A stretch of 64,000 nt of DNA from Balanoglossus misakiensis (Eukaryota; Animalia; Hemichordata). Every line of letters starts with the position of its first letter. Position 1 is the first letter of the stretch. The translations under genes were made by a program, and so were the position numbers. The notes under the pieces are model-generated. The model ran no database searches. It worked only from the letters and a program-made list of their open reading frames with translations, and was not told where the DNA came from. Of this stretch, positions 1 to 14,718 are shown piece after piece. Location of the stretch: the NCBI GenBank assembly GCA_040954595.2, contig CM082578.2:9161519-9225518 (forward strand). The letters run 5' to 3'.

Positions 1-534
1 AATCACCGCTTGTGTTCGTTTGTGGGCGTGACAGGTGTGAACTCAAAAGATGTTAGTGAGGGTTTACAGACGCAAGTTTCGTCATCGGTATTTTGGGGGT
101 GCCCCTGGTTTGGCCATTGGCGGCCCTTATTGAGAAAGGGTGGGGGCATGATTACATTATGTACACCTTGCATTGTCTCAGTTTTAAATCAGAGATAAGC
201 AGTTTAACGACTTTGCTTTTGTCGCCCGTGAATCGGGTCTTGTTTCCATGAATACCTATTAATCTGTTGTATCCTTGCTGTGGTTCATACAAGTGGTAAT
301 GGTAAAAATCCATTTAAACTGGGGTAACACATGTGTACATGTCTTGTCCAGAAGAGAACTTGGAAAAAAATCAGAGGTGTTTTTGTTGTACATACATACA
401 AGTTGCATTAGCATCACAGAGGAGACACCCGTATAGGTATTTGCTTTCTTGCAATATTTTTATTACGTGTATTTTTTTGAATGAAAGTTATGTATTGCCA
501 TACAGACTGTAATCTCATGACCTGTTGACTGCAG

Positions 535-585
535 CTTACACCCTAGGTATACTGCAGCACTGCTGCAGTGTAGCTAGGGTGTAAG
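535..585. repeat. Near-perfect inverted repeat (24-bp arms, 3-nt spacer)
   Basis: CTTACACCCTAGGTATACTGCAGC-ACT-GCTGCAGTGTAGCTAGGGTGTAAG; 22/24 Watson-Crick pairs. Confidence 0.85.
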
Positions 586-1427
586 GTCTCATGCTGTTTG
601 TACATAGTTACATACATGTACATACATACATGAGAATAGTGCATTTTTTAGCACCTATAAATCTTGTGATTTTTGGGTGCCATACTATAATGTGCTGTTT
701 CTGTGATGGACACAGTAAATCTCCATATGGCATTGATACACAGGGTCAGGGTTATACTGGCTGTATTATTTTACATGTATAGAGCCACAGAATGGACAAC
801 TTTACATACGAATGGCAGTGGGTGTCATCGCCAAGGGGCACACATACATTGATGTATGTATGCATACACAATGCTGAGTCGTGTAGTCTGTTCTGAGTTC
901 TAGTATTTCAGTCAAGAGTGCATAAATTCACTTCTCTGACGTCAATGTAAAAAAGAGTCATAGAGTTGAAATTAATTTTAAAAATAGGCATACAATGAGC
1001 CATATGATCTACAGTTGTTTCCATCTGCATTCTTTATTAATAGTCTCCACAGAACAGAATACAAATTAGGTTAATGACAGTAATGGCTACATGCGTGTCT
1101 GCCATCATGGGCTGGTGTTGAGCGTGTGGTTTATGAAAAATTATGCCTTTGTTCCAGTTTTGCCACGGGGCCAATTTCACGCGTGGTGTCTTCTCCGACG
1201 TGATTGAAAGGCATTTTGCATCATTAATAAATGTGCCCCTGCGCCCAGCAGTGCCCAGCTTCAATGGCACGCGAAGATGAAAGTCATTTGCATGACACAG
1301 AGACTCTGAGAGTGAGAGAGAAGCATGAAAGGGAAGTATTCAACACTCAAGGTTACATCATCTGTAGACAGATGAAGTTGATCCGATTCCCATTCAACAG
1401 AGATTTTCTCATTTGCTTTTCAACCAG

Positions 1428-1512
1428 GCTTTGAACAGAGTACAAGTTAACGAAGGCCGGGGAGTTTGGCTGCTGGATTTGTGGACACGCCAGACGGAGT
1501 ATCAGCCAAAAG
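1428..1512 (+). other. Candidate non-coding 5'UTR exon (85 nt) of the plexin gene
   Basis: Acceptor ttttctcatttgcttttcaaccag| and donor AAG|gtaact bracket an ATG-free, GC-richer block. Confidence 0.45.
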
Positions 1513-4500
1513 GTAACTAAAAACTATGACAACTCAACAGATAGTGTTATATGTAATACATACAATGTACATGCAAACTTCTGCATGCACTTTGAACCTA
1601 AGTTACAGTTGACCAGTATACAAATTACAATGTAAATGTCTCCTCAACTACATATAAATTAAATGGGAGAGTACATTTCTGTACGAGTCCCAAAGAAAGG
1701 TCCAACAATCCAACCTGTGAGGTCATCATGAAAGAACAAATTCTGTGGGATATTTTGATAACTGTTCACAGATTACAATGTATGATGGATTGTTTGTCCT
1801 TTGATTGTAAATAGTTGAGGTGATAGCACATGTACAATGTTTGTGATGTTCATTGGGGGTCTGTGTGGGTGTACATTAGGTTTAAAATGTCTATGATGCA
1901 GACAGTTGTGACCATCCGTGTGTGTGTACATAATACGCACATGCATGGGGACGCCATGCCATGATGTCATTCTTCCGATCTGCCGACAGAGGTCATCAGT
2001 GTGTAAGGCAGGACAGTGAATCACGGTCAGCAGACACAAGCCTCCCATTATCCCAGATTTGTTTTTATTGTGCCAGCTTCCGGACTTTTGCATTGATACC
2101 CCTGTAGTATATGTACAAAGCTGCAGTGTGTGCAGAATTGTCGACATGGCGTTTTATTAATAATGCATTAAAGGGACAGTGAAGTCCAGTCATTCTGGGT
2201 CTTGAATACTTGTACATGCCAACACTTCATGGATATTTTCTGTATGTACCATCAACTACATGTACAATGTACACATGTACAAATATAAGTTTATTGAACT
2301 GTCTGCATTCAGTTTTTCATCTACATGTGCATGTATGTAGGCTGCAGGATTTCTGTTATTTACTTGTTCAGTTAGTCAGACAGACACACACCAAATCTAG
2401 ATATATGTTATTTTTGTTTGTGCGGAAGTGAAAACGAATCGAGACAAAGATAATTGACATCAGATCCGATGAAAGTGTTGTGTGATGGTTGGAGACGCCT
2501 TCCTCTTTTTGATATTCTTCAGAGAAGCCTTAGCAGATCTGACTCCTTTGCACACATGCACACACAAAAAATGATTGGCTCAGTGCCTGAGGGTATAAGG
2601 ACATTCACAGTGTGCAAAGCGGCAGAAAGTTAATAATTACTGCAGATAGCCCGGAGTCAGAAATCGGACGAGCAAAATTGGTTGCTCCTGGAAGGGAGGG
2701 GTGACGAATAAACCTGAGGGACATATTTTCATTCATTTGCAAAAGAAGTTGTTAAAAATGACAAACTGCTGAGTCTTGTGGGGTGGACGATCATGCATAC
2801 AATTGTCAGTTTATTCAAGCGGTCATTGTGGTTAAGGAAGTGCATGTTCCGGCCTTGACTGTACAGTTACATGTACGGTTTGGTGACCGCCTGGCGACAG
2901 GAATCATGTATATGTAACAGTCATGCATAAAATAGTTTCATCGGACGTCCGTCGGGATGTTGCCATTATTTCAGAATGATGTCTGAAGATGTACATGTAT
3001 GATACAATAGCTTCTTTAGATGTATGGATTTCAATGCAATGGCATGTGGGTTTGTATGCATAAGCTGAAGTAGGTAAAGAAAAAAATTCTCTTCAGTGGC
3101 ATTTTTATTTGGGCCTGGAAAACGTGCAGCAGAGCTTATACATTGTACATGTAGTGGGTGGAATTCATCCCTGTTCAAACAGGCTTGACGGCTGTTTGTG
3201 TAAGGCATATGTACATTTCTATTTTAGGGATCCGTGAATTCATATGGGGTGTGCACGTTTTGTATTATAGTGACTTAGGGTCTGTGTATTTGCCTTTAAT
3301 TAAAACGCACAATAATTTACTGACTGAAATCGTTTCTTTGGAAAAATGACTCTACTAGTACATGTTATTGTATACAATTGTTCGTACCAGATGTGTGATC
3401 CCGTATATGGTTCCAGGCAGTACTGTGAGCAGCAGATGATACATGCATTGTGAAAAACCTGGACAACCCAGTCTTCTGTGGAATTCTTGTTAAGGAGTTG
3501 TGCAGGGCTGTGCCTACTTACAATTGTACAGTGTATTTTGGTGGATTTGTCATCCTGCAGAGTATTATTCTGAGGTGCTAATTAAAATTGGTATGTCAGA
3601 CCAGACTAGGTCTACACCAGCCAAATTGTGTGTACATTCACCTATGGTTCTGCTGTTTGTTTGTTTGTTTGTTGGCTGCTTGTACTAAGCACTGCCAGGT
3701 CATGCCAGCCTTCACTACATGTACATGTATATAAATAAGGTCTGGCCTTCCTGTTGTAGCACCCATGGGCATTGTTGCCTGTGCTGTAACAAGATATTTA
3801 TAGATCTATGCGTAGGCTGACCGACCCTGGTGATCATGAGAGTGTTTAACCTTCGTGATCAACTCTCAACATCCGAAATTAATGAAGATGTTCCGCCAGG
3901 GTGTTCCAATGTTCCTGGATGTTAGTAATACACACACACACAAATGACAATATAATTGTGGTGAGAAAAAACCTGAACAGCATTTTACATGTAGAAGCAC
4001 ACCCTGTTCCTTAAAGACTCAAATTATCTGAAATGCACACAAACAAAAAGGAAATTGCCTCTTATTTTCAGCTTATATTTCCCCCCAAAAAACACAAACA
4101 AATCATATAAATTTTGGTCCATTATGTATTTTCATACCTTCATGTACGTACATGTGTACACATAATGTGTTGATTGATGAAACATGTATAGAGCGATCCA
4201 ATGTAAAAGCTGAAGGGTGGGAAATTGGGAAGGTCATTTATATTGTGCGCAGGAAAACCTTTGTTGATGCGATCTCGCCAGCAAAAAATTGTTTGAACAG
4301 ATCTAAATGCTGAAATCAAAATTTCAATTCATTCATCCATGCCCACAGAATCAGATCACTAGCTGTTCCTTAGGTCTATATGCCTACGTATAATGTTGGA
4401 CAAACATTCATTTTGCTGAGCAGATATCGTGTATTTGCTTATTGTGGGCGCACACATCCTAAATAGTCATGGGACTTCAGACTGAGTGATCTGCTGGGGC

Positions 4501-6459
4501 TTTACATGTACCTGAAGTTGCAAGGTGCTCTGGTAAGAAACTTGCAAGCATTACTGCAATCGAGGCCGACATGCCCATAAATCACCAAACAGTGAGCGCG
4601 ACAGAGAAATACTTCTGAGATCACTCAACTGGCATTTCATTATGGCAGTGGCGCTTACGACATGATGCATCTTCCTGTCATTTTATTCCGACATGAAATA
4701 TTACTCACAGGTAATTGCCTCACAGGAAGACCTTTGGAGACGGTTCAACAGCTAGGCACAACTGAAACCGATCGGCAGGCAACGGCTCGGTGTCTTGTGG
4801 TGGGTGTTCCATGTTGTCCTGTGAAATTGTAACCGCATGCACTTCACTGGAGCAGGACTTGTTCTGACCAGGTGTTGGGTGGGGTAGGTTGGTAGCCTAC
4901 ATTTAGTGATCCCTCCGGGATTTTTTGGTAGCATAGTGGCTAATTTGCATATTAGTTACATGCACAATGCGTGGACTTTTTTGAATTGCCATGCCAACAT
5001 ACATGATATGTACATGTAGGAAGCTCTGACAGTTCACCAACTTTTCCCCCGGTGTGAAATCAGATAAATGAATTCAGGTCATGCATCCTCCAAACCACTG
5101 GCATCTGTCATGTCAGTTGATTGAAACAGAAAAGAAGGGTGGTTGAAAAAAAGACTCTTGGAAAATGATGCGCTGAAAAATGCACTTATTGCTTTTAGTC
5201 TTATGTACCGAACTGTAAATTCAATTCAGCGACACTTTTTCCAGAGTCCCTTGACATTTCCACCGTCTTCATAGAATGCCACTAGAATTTAAAAGATTGC
5301 TCGGTGATCCCTGCAGTCAGCATATTGTTTTTTTTCTACCTTTGGAAAGTTACAAGTAGCATAGGGAGTTAATGTAGTGCGTGTATGTCGATTTATGATG
5401 GAGTTGTTTTTAACTCATTTATTAAAAAAAGAAAAACATGGTTGTGTGTGGCAGTTATATCTGTCATTTCCATTTTTATCGACTTAAGGAAGTATTTTTG
5501 CATGTTTTCATGCAGGTGTATTTTTTTGTCTGTGAGTACATTCGTCTGGAATACATACATACATACATACATGTACATGTTATATAGCGTGACTTTTTCT
5601 TGTTCATATATTTTCCAGCACATTATTGTGTGTATGCAGTCCATATTGACAGTGGTTTGAAAATAATATGAAGTTTTACCATAGCAATAAATGTTTTTTT
5701 TATTGTTACTCATATGAACATGTACATGTACATGTTGGATGTATGTAGAAATCCTGACACCAATTTCAAACAAGAGCGATTCACGGAAATGGCTTTCTTT
5801 CTTTCATTGCACTCAAATGTCTAGAAGCCAATGAACTGATGGTGAATAGCCACAATTTCTTTAGTTCGCAGTTCAAAATGTTCGAGTTGACATGATGAGA
5901 GAACAAAAACCCATTCAATTCTGTGCAGTTTTGACAGATACTTAGTCACTAGATGCTGAACATGGAGAAAAGTACACTGTGGCTCTACAGCTCAAAACGA
6001 TCATCATTCATGGCAAAGCCAATAAAACCAGTTGCAATCAGAAGCAAATTGCATGTAATGATGTATGCGCTGTGAATTGTGCCTCTCGAGCGCTGTACAG
6101 TAGTCGCAGATAGTCCAGCTGTAGTGGCACGATGACGCTTATACACACACAGTATTCGTCAGGGATCCTCTTGAAGGAAATCACCTATATAATGATCCAC
6201 GAATTGTGTAGTTGTTGGTTCTTAGTCAATAGATGCCAACTTAAAGTTCATTCAAAGCAGCCACTTTACAGGTGTCTGTGACAGTTGCGGTCGCAGCCCC
6301 GGCCCACCTTGCACTTGAACTGTATCAATGTGCTTTTGTTGGCCACCTGGTCTTGTGTAAAGGAATGGTCCTGTATGGGTTGTCTAGTGGGGGTTATTTA
6401 TATCCTAAAGAGACCTGTAGAGGTCTTCGCTAGTCAACCCTGCCTTTGCTTTTTGTTTG

Positions 6460-6804
6460 TTTGAATCGCGGGTATTGTTTGGAGCCAATCATTGGGCAGC
6501 GTCCCCGAAGGATTCGATTGTATCCAATGATAAAAAAGGCAGGAAGTGTAGCCGTTTTCTCTCTCTCGGCTGTTTATCCTTGTGAAATAGCTGACCCGAA
6601 TACATGAAATACTTGGTGTGTACTGCCCCCGCTCCGGATAATGCGTCGGACCAACAGCGTTGTCCGGATTCGATGCGGCATGGCATGTGAAAGCGAGTTA
6701 TTTGGAAGCGCTGGGTTTGTATAAACAGGGGACAACTTAGCTGTTGTCCAGGTGTTTGTTCGGAATGCTCGGTAAAGCCTCGGTGAAATGAGTGACAGGT
6801 AAGA
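6460..6804 (+). promoter_or_regulatory. Candidate alternative promoter / first exon
   Basis: Local CpG-rich patch, CCAAT near 6485, ETS-like CAGGAAGT near 6540, strong donor CAG|gtaaga at 6799. Confidence 0.35.
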
Positions 6805-9800
6805 GACAGAAACTGCACAGTGTAGAAAATGCTGATGTTTTCTCAGCCCCCCTTGAGCTATGCAGCAACGGTATGTGCGTTATAAACCGCACTGAATAGG
6901 AGTGTTTGGGTTTTGCCTGACCGTGTTTGAACAGCCCAATCAATCAGTCGGTTGTGGATCTTCTGCGGTGGTGCTCTGTGCAGTGTGTCAAGGTCAAAAG
7001 CGGGAGTAAATCAAACAAGTACATGTATTAACTGTGGCCGACTTGATAAAACTCCAGACAGCTGGTCGGTTATTATGTGTGATGGTACTAGCCAGACAGT
7101 ATGCAAAGTCTGGCCTCTCCGACGCTGTGTCTCACATCACAGCTGATACAGAAATCAAATTTGTGTATCGTTCTAAAGAACACTGTTGGTACATGTATGC
7201 TTCGCTGCGCATCGTGAACGAAAATGGAAGCCCCCAGATAACTCAATTTCTGTAAATCATCTCAAAAGTATTGTTACTTTGCAGACAGCCTGTGAAGTGC
7301 CTTGAGCAATTGAAAACTTGAGCAGTGGTCGACTCCCTGTTGATTTTGGACTAAGAGGAGACTCTTAATTGTGCTGGCCCTTAATCAGACACTGTCTCTA
7401 CATACATAAAATGAGTGAGTTTAGACACTAACCCTGAGGAGGAGGATTACATGTACTTCAGCCATGGCCAGGTCTGAGATTTGTGTGTTAACAATTTATT
7501 GATTTCTAGTCCTGAGAAATTGGATACATTACATCTCACCATAGATAATGCTACCCCTGTGTTTATTTGTATAAATTAAAGTAATAAGGGAGGTATGGCT
7601 ACTGTTAATTATATAGTGTGTATGCAGGCGTTAATCACATTAAAAAAATAAATAGCAGATTAAATCAGGTTGATGTGATCATGTGGGCTATATGGAGAAA
7701 GATATAGTGTACATGTATGTGCACATACAATGTAGATCACAAATCTGAGTATATAACTTGTATGACAATTGTAAAGCAACTGTCATGATTCTCATGTGCA
7801 GATCTGCACTAATGTAATGCACATATACATGTAGTATAACAATTACATTTATTTGTTTTGCTAAAATATATGTTAACAGTACATGTATGCGTGCATGCAT
7901 TGAGGCATACATACATGTACATGAACATTACTTGTGTACTGCAGTCATAGAAACTCCCAATTTGCCCCCTTCCGATGATGGTGATAAGACAAATTTAACT
8001 GACTTGCATAGGTCAAACGGTCAATCCAGTGGGACTCTTGTCACCTGTCATTTGACGAAGATTTAGAGTTTAGAGTTTGTGAAGTATGCATTTGGTACGA
8101 GTAGTTGCCATGAAAATATTTCTGTGCCACAGATGTTTTGGAATTTACATTGTGTGTGTGAAAAAACACTACAACAGGGCATGACCTAAAGACATTTTAT
8201 CATGTTTTTTGTGGCTTCCAGTGTATGCGGTGATACATGTAGCTGAGGGCACCGTCTTAAATTCCATGGTTAACTGTGATCTTTTTGCATGATATTGGTT
8301 TCAGAATGGTGCATGTATGACATCAATTCATTAAAACACAAGTACACTGTACATGTACATTGACCAATTCGAGGCATTTTTCAAAAAACGGGAAGCTGTC
8401 ACAATTTGGAAATACATGTGTAAATTTGCCATCAAATTAGCACATAAACCCAATTTATTTTCTCTTACACTATATATCACGGTGTGATATCGGAAACGAT
8501 AATTAAAGTACACTTATTACCATTTTATCGCATTTGTGATTTGTCATTGTTATTATTAATTTACACAGAAGCCAATCAGCTGTCATCGTGATCTGTTCCT
8601 GAAGCGAATCAACTTGCAGGCTTAATGTGCTCTCTGAATATCTTGGAAAGATCTAGAAGGAAAGTCATTGAAAGCCCCTGTGGAACTTTAACATCTCGCA
8701 TGTAAAAAAAAACCCCCACTTAATTATCAGATCTATCTTAATTTATGTACTAGATGAAAAATTCAATGGAGAACAACAGATTGATAAATTGTTATCATCA
8801 AGCAATTTATATAAATCCTCTAATGCAGGAACCAGAGATTTTGAAAAGGGCATCTTTATTTCAGCTATCAAAAATGTAGATCTGTTGTACTGCTGCATCA
8901 TGTGGTGATTACTGTGTGAGTAACCTATTTTAAGAGTGCGATATTCTACAAAGTTCTCCGGTTGATCAAATCTTCTCCAATTGGCTGAGGCTGGGCCAAT
9001 AATGGTTTTGCTCGATCTGTGTTACTAGGTACTGTAATAATCCTACTCTGGAATTAATCATTTGCATGTACTACAATTTACTTGTACATACATGTAGGAA
9101 TGCACAAATTATATTTTAATCATTTTATGCACATGAATATTGTTTGTATAGGGTTGTGTTGGAATTCCAGGGTTAGATATAACCATTGTTTCTGTAGCCT
9201 TGGTTGGCCTGTGTTGTATATTTTTTGCGATTGTATGCTAATGATGTGTGACAGTGAGGACTAAAATAGGCTTACCCAGGCTGGCCTTGGGTTAGCCTTC
9301 ATCAGTGTTCTTGTAGAGCTGCCGGCAGTGTGAAATCCACTGTCAGTGCGCAGAATATTCATGTACATGTCCAAGCCAGGGAATTTGGTATTCACACTGG
9401 CACTCCCGGACGTTTCTCTGCATACTAATTCTATAATTTGCTGTAAAGGTGAACTGAATTAGGAGTGTTTAACGTTAAGTATTCTCCATCACTGACTGTG
9501 CATAGTAGTAGTGTACTCTTTGCAGTGATGTGTGAAACGCATTCATTTGCAGGGCGTTTTACGCTGTTTGGGAATTTAATGCAGATTCTTTATCTGACCC
9601 ACATATTTGTCGGAACGTGGCAAGGATCCAAGTGTTGGTCTTGTGATTTCTCCCAGTGTGATTCTGGGTTCAGCTTCCCGCTGGTTCCGTGTTCATATTG
9701 AGTTTCAGATGTAGGTCGGCTTACATGTATGTCGTGTGTTGCTGGCGGAGTGAGGTCTGACAAATATGATCTTTGGTTGTACAATGTAGTGTATGTATAT

Positions 9801-12800
9801 TGCAGGTAATGGCATGCTCGTCTTCTAATTGTGTATTTAAAAGCAAAAGATGGCATGGTGCATCCCTGTGGATTTAGTCACCTAACAAGATTGAATAAAA
9901 GTCTCTTGACAGCAGTGAGCAAAACCTTCCATCTCTGAGTTCAGTGTGCAGTGTGGTTGTGATATGTCATCAGTGAAACCTTGATAAGAACTTTAAAGTA
10001 AACTTTACATTAGCCAAAAGTATACTGAACTTTCTTGTGGAAAAAAATGCATAGATGTACATGTACCTGAAGTGCTGTTTTTTACATCAGAATTTTCATG
10101 TTATTTCCTTTTTATGGGATTGCATTGGCCCAAGTACATGTTCCGGTAAATGGCAATTTTGTTGTGAATTGACAAATTGTGCAGTGTGCATGATTGTACT
10201 CATTTAGAAATAGAGGACTAATGGTTTAGAAATCAGGGAGAAAAGTAGAATTTCTCATTTTTCATCCCTTGTGTGGTTTCTCATATTATTATTTTTTATA
10301 GGGCACCCATTATGATTTGACTCATTTTATTGAACATCATATTATAATGTGTGCATAACTCTCAAATTTCATTGCTGGTAATTCACTGATTCTTAAAAAT
10401 GTGTATATTTCAAGCAATAACAAATTGAGATGGTAAATAAACTGCACTTGGCAAATCAAATGTTTATCTCACACTATTTCGTTTGCCTTTTTAAAGAGCC
10501 TACATGTATATGTGAGATTTGTGTTGGCTCGATAAAGCGATAAAATTGTACGAGACCCAGGTACGTGTACTCCAGAGCTGTGGTAGGTTTCATGTTGTAT
10601 ATCCCTGAAATGCAGTGGCATTTAATGATATGAGCCATACCCTTGAACAACTTTCGTGTTTGCAATGCCATTAAAAATTGTGATGAGTCGTTTATTTTGA
10701 AGGAAATAATGAAAAACATTTATGCAGATCTCACACCTCGTGTCTTTCTTAGCGTATTCCCGGTCGCTGTGAGATGGAATATACGAGCAAATATTTGATC
10801 CTTTTCAAGACAGGTTCCGTTGTGATAACCTTTTAGGGGACCTTCCTTGCTGAGCTTTGCAGGTGATCGGATTTTACATGATGGATTGTCGATCATCGAG
10901 CCATGCAGTTGTACTATTCATGTTGTACATGTATATTGGTATGATGTGGGGTCTGATTTCAGGCTGTTAAAACTAAAATGTGTTTTCTTCATTGTCATTT
11001 GGGCGGATGGAAAAAAATTGCTTACGGCTAAGAGTGAGCATGGGGAAATGATTCATTCTCCTCAGTTGCTATGCAACACTGTTGTCTAGGTTACCAGTGA
11101 GTTTGTGGCGTGACTTTTCCTTCGCAGCCGTACCACTCAAAAAGGACATTCAGTATACACCTGCCAAATGCTTTTACTACAGTAGTTCAGCATCAATTGA
11201 GAATGTTCGAGTGAAGCCCTGCTCTTCTCAAAGACATTTTCTGTGGCGATAATCCGGGGTGCCTGGGCATTTGTTCATTAGAATCCATCCAGGAAATGAT
11301 TGGTGTGGAGGAAAAGAGCAAGTAACAAAATATTATTTCAGTTTATATAAAAAAGCAGAACTGACGGAAGTTGCCACAGATATTCTTGTATATCCTGACA
11401 ACAATAACCAGGAAAATATGAATTATCACGTACATGTGTGTAGTGATTATTTTGAATATTGTGCTTCATACAGATACTGTAAGTTCTATGGCTGTTTGTA
11501 CACATACATGTACTTGTACGTTATTGGACTATAGCACGCCGTAAGAGACTCGTATTTTGTTCATACATGTAGAGTCTAGATCTCATCCCAACTTTATCAA
11601 TATCAGTGTGGTTCAAGAATGCGTAACGCCTGACGTCAATGTATCCACGATAATGTTGTTCGGCAGTTGATAAATATATCTATATAATTATACTCTCCAA
11701 TGCAGTGAAAAAAGGCAATTGGTCCTACAGCCCAGTACAGTCTGGGTAGAATTTGTGAACGGCACTGACTACATGTTCAATAAAATTAAAAGTATATCGG
11801 CTGCCCAGACAACATCAACTGTGGTAATGCAGAGAAATTAAGAATAAACACAGACCGTTTCATGGTCGGATAGATTTCATTTCAGTGCCTTCAGTAAAGA
11901 TGAATTGGAAATTACCTGGGAAAAAATGCAGTGGCTGATATCTAGTAGTCCTTCACTGCTGAAAATAAAAAGAGTTTGCTTTTATGGTCGCTTTTTATAC
12001 CGCCTCGTTGTGAATTCCTTGAGTGTCCTGCTGGACTGGTTGAGGCTGATGTGAAAGCCGGGCTGAGATACTAGTAGATGTAATGGGTAAACCCAGGAGA
12101 GGAGGTGAAAGATATATTTCACAAGGAGCGGATTCTGTTGCATGTTGATGAAGAAGATGTAACCGATGAATTTTGACGAAGAAGAAGAAGAGGACGTATA
12201 GTAACCCGTGCATGTCCGACTTTTGCGTGATCATCAGGGGCTGAATAATTTATATGCGCTGGGAAGAGCTTAGATATGCTTGCTGCATGAACATGTTTAA
12301 TATAAGTGTACTCCGACGGAAATGATGCACGTAGGGCCGTCTCGGATATTGCTACGTTGAAATCAATCCGTAAAGTTGTTTGAACTTTGTGTGGGAAGCA
12401 GGCTCTCCTCGCCGAAGTACTTTCTGTGGAGAGCTTGTTCATCTCAGCTTTTATAATGGCAAGGGTCAGTTTAACTTCGCCAGTAACATAGGAGTTTGCT
12501 GAGTATCTGTTCATGGAGAAGAACATGAACCTTTAAAATTTTGGTGCGAAAGTTCTCTAGACTTTTTTCAATTCAGTGAATTCACTTCATCCTATTACTG
12601 AATACCCAACATGCTCAAAGCTGTAAACCTTTAGAAGTGTTCAATAATATACACATGATGCTTCTCATGCATATATACATTGTACATTTGTACATGTTTC
12701 AATGTGCAGATAGACTCATTATTCATTTACGTGAGGAACTCTTGTCTATGTTTGCAGTCGTCCTCACTGTAGAATCAGCATCATCTGACAAATCAAATTT

Positions 12801-13586
12801 ATTCAATTCAGGGATGCAGTCCACCTGTACTGAATAAATTCCATAATCTCATTTATAATGTTAATTATCAAACATTTCCTGGACTCCTGGGCTTATACAT
12901 GTACCTGTATGTATGTGTTTTGAGCAGTTGCCCACATTCAGAAACATTCATACCATGTCACAAGTTTGCAAGTTGCAAACACATATCTCTCATTTGAAAG
13001 ACAGTAATATACACATAGCCCCTGGTTTCACTGTCCTTGAAAACACTTCATTAAGGATCACAAAAGCCCTTGCAACCGTTAATAGGTCTTATGTAAGGAC
13101 AAAAATTACTGCAGTTACAGTTGAATGCAGACCAACAGACACAATTAACTTTCGTTTCAAAACGCAAATATTTTGAGCACATGCAGAGAAATGGATGTCT
13201 GCAGAGGGGACGTGGTTTACATTCATCGTATCACGTTTCTTTGCTTGGGGGCAGTCTGGTCTCTTGTGTAGTAAATTGAGATCCAGGGGTAAGGTTTTAT
13301 ATGTACGTCTGCAACCTGCTGTGCACTTTTCTGATGAACTGTAAGGTTTTGTTTACATTGTCAGTGATGGGTGTGTCCCTTTCACTCAAAACTTGATAGT
13401 GTGTGCAGATATGACTGTTTACATGTTCAAAAGGGAAGGCTTTGCATCAGGGGAGTGTTACATTTCCGATCTTACTTTCTTGGGAGTGCCTTGCCAAACT
13501 TGCCTGCTGTATGGCTCATACTAGCCCCAGACTATTGGGTGGAGATTCATCTGTCCCAGAGTTTATGTACATCTATACATGTACAT

Positions 13587-13703
13587 GTCCATTTGTCCGT
13601 CCGTCCGTCCGTCCATCCATCCGTCCGTCCATCCATCCATCCATCCATCCACACATACATACATGTACATTTGTTCAGACATACATACAGACAGATAGAC
13701 AGA
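13587..13703. repeat. Compound tetranucleotide microsatellite (GTCC)n(ATCC)n(ACAT)n(ACAG)n
   Basis: Directly visible; it explains the low-complexity ORFs at 13371-13786. Confidence 0.85.
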
Positions 13704-14616
13704 CATTATGTAGAATGTATTATGTACCTGTACATGCAGAAACTTTTTTCTATGGTAGAACAATATTGACTATTCAGTTTCAATGAAAAACAAAAAAGAA
13801 AACAACTATGTAATCCTTGTCATGTGGTCATTCTGAAAGTGCTTGAGACACATCGCTAATAATAGATATTGGCAACAAAACAGGAAGTATAAACTGATTC
13901 AGCCAGCCCAGTATATTCATTGCACTGTAAAAGAAAAGCACATGCATGTCTGTCTGGCTGTCCTTGAAAGAATCCATTGTTATTGTATTGTGCCCTGAGT
14001 AAACCTTAGAGACAGTGAATGATTTGTGTCTGAGAGAAATGACCTCGCCGTCTTTGTTGGTGAGTCACAGCCTTGAAATCGGGGAAATAGCCAACAGGCA
14101 GATACATGAACTGATTGTGGTTCTATGTGTGTCTTCATTGATGCTACTGTGCCTCAGTTTTGGCTCATTTGCATACAATGAATCTGCTGAAGGGACAGTG
14201 GATTCACAGGCGCTTGTGGGTGAATAGTTGAGGTGTGTTTTTCCTGATCTGTAATGGTAGTTCACAAAGAGTACAGTGTGTCTCCAGTCTCTAAGTCCAG
14301 CTGTGTATTGTCAGGCTGTAACTGTGAGCACAAGTTCAGGATTGAGAATGCTAGAATTCAGTCTACATGTGGTAGGATATCTTGTGCATGCTGGTACAAA
14401 ATGTATTGTGTAGTTTTGTGCTTGCTGACATCGTGCATACTTGCATGTAAAGGACCCACTCACTCAGTGAGAATCTAATTAGACACTGTATAAGTTCATA
14501 TATGAATTCAATGACAGATCCCAAACCTGTACTCACTGGTAGTACATGTAGATCGATGTACCCTGTATATATGGCCATAAAAACTTATTGCTTTTTCTTT
14601 CTTTTTTGTTTGACAG

Positions 14617-14718
14617 AGCCATGAAGAAGAGTTGAATTCACAACAAAGAAGAGCTGACAGTTGACTTGATTCAAGAATTTGCAACTGATATTTCAAGTGT
14701 GTTGTTTAAACAGCCATC
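14617..14718 (+). other. 5'UTR part of the first coding exon, containing a 4-codon uORF (MKKS*, 14621-14635)
   Basis: Strong acceptor ctttttctttcttttttgtttgacag| at 14616; GCCATGA..TGA follows immediately. Confidence 0.65.

Noticed and set aside
13371-13786. ORFs with [12 protein letters not shown] repeats
   Set aside because: These are translations of the compound microsatellite.
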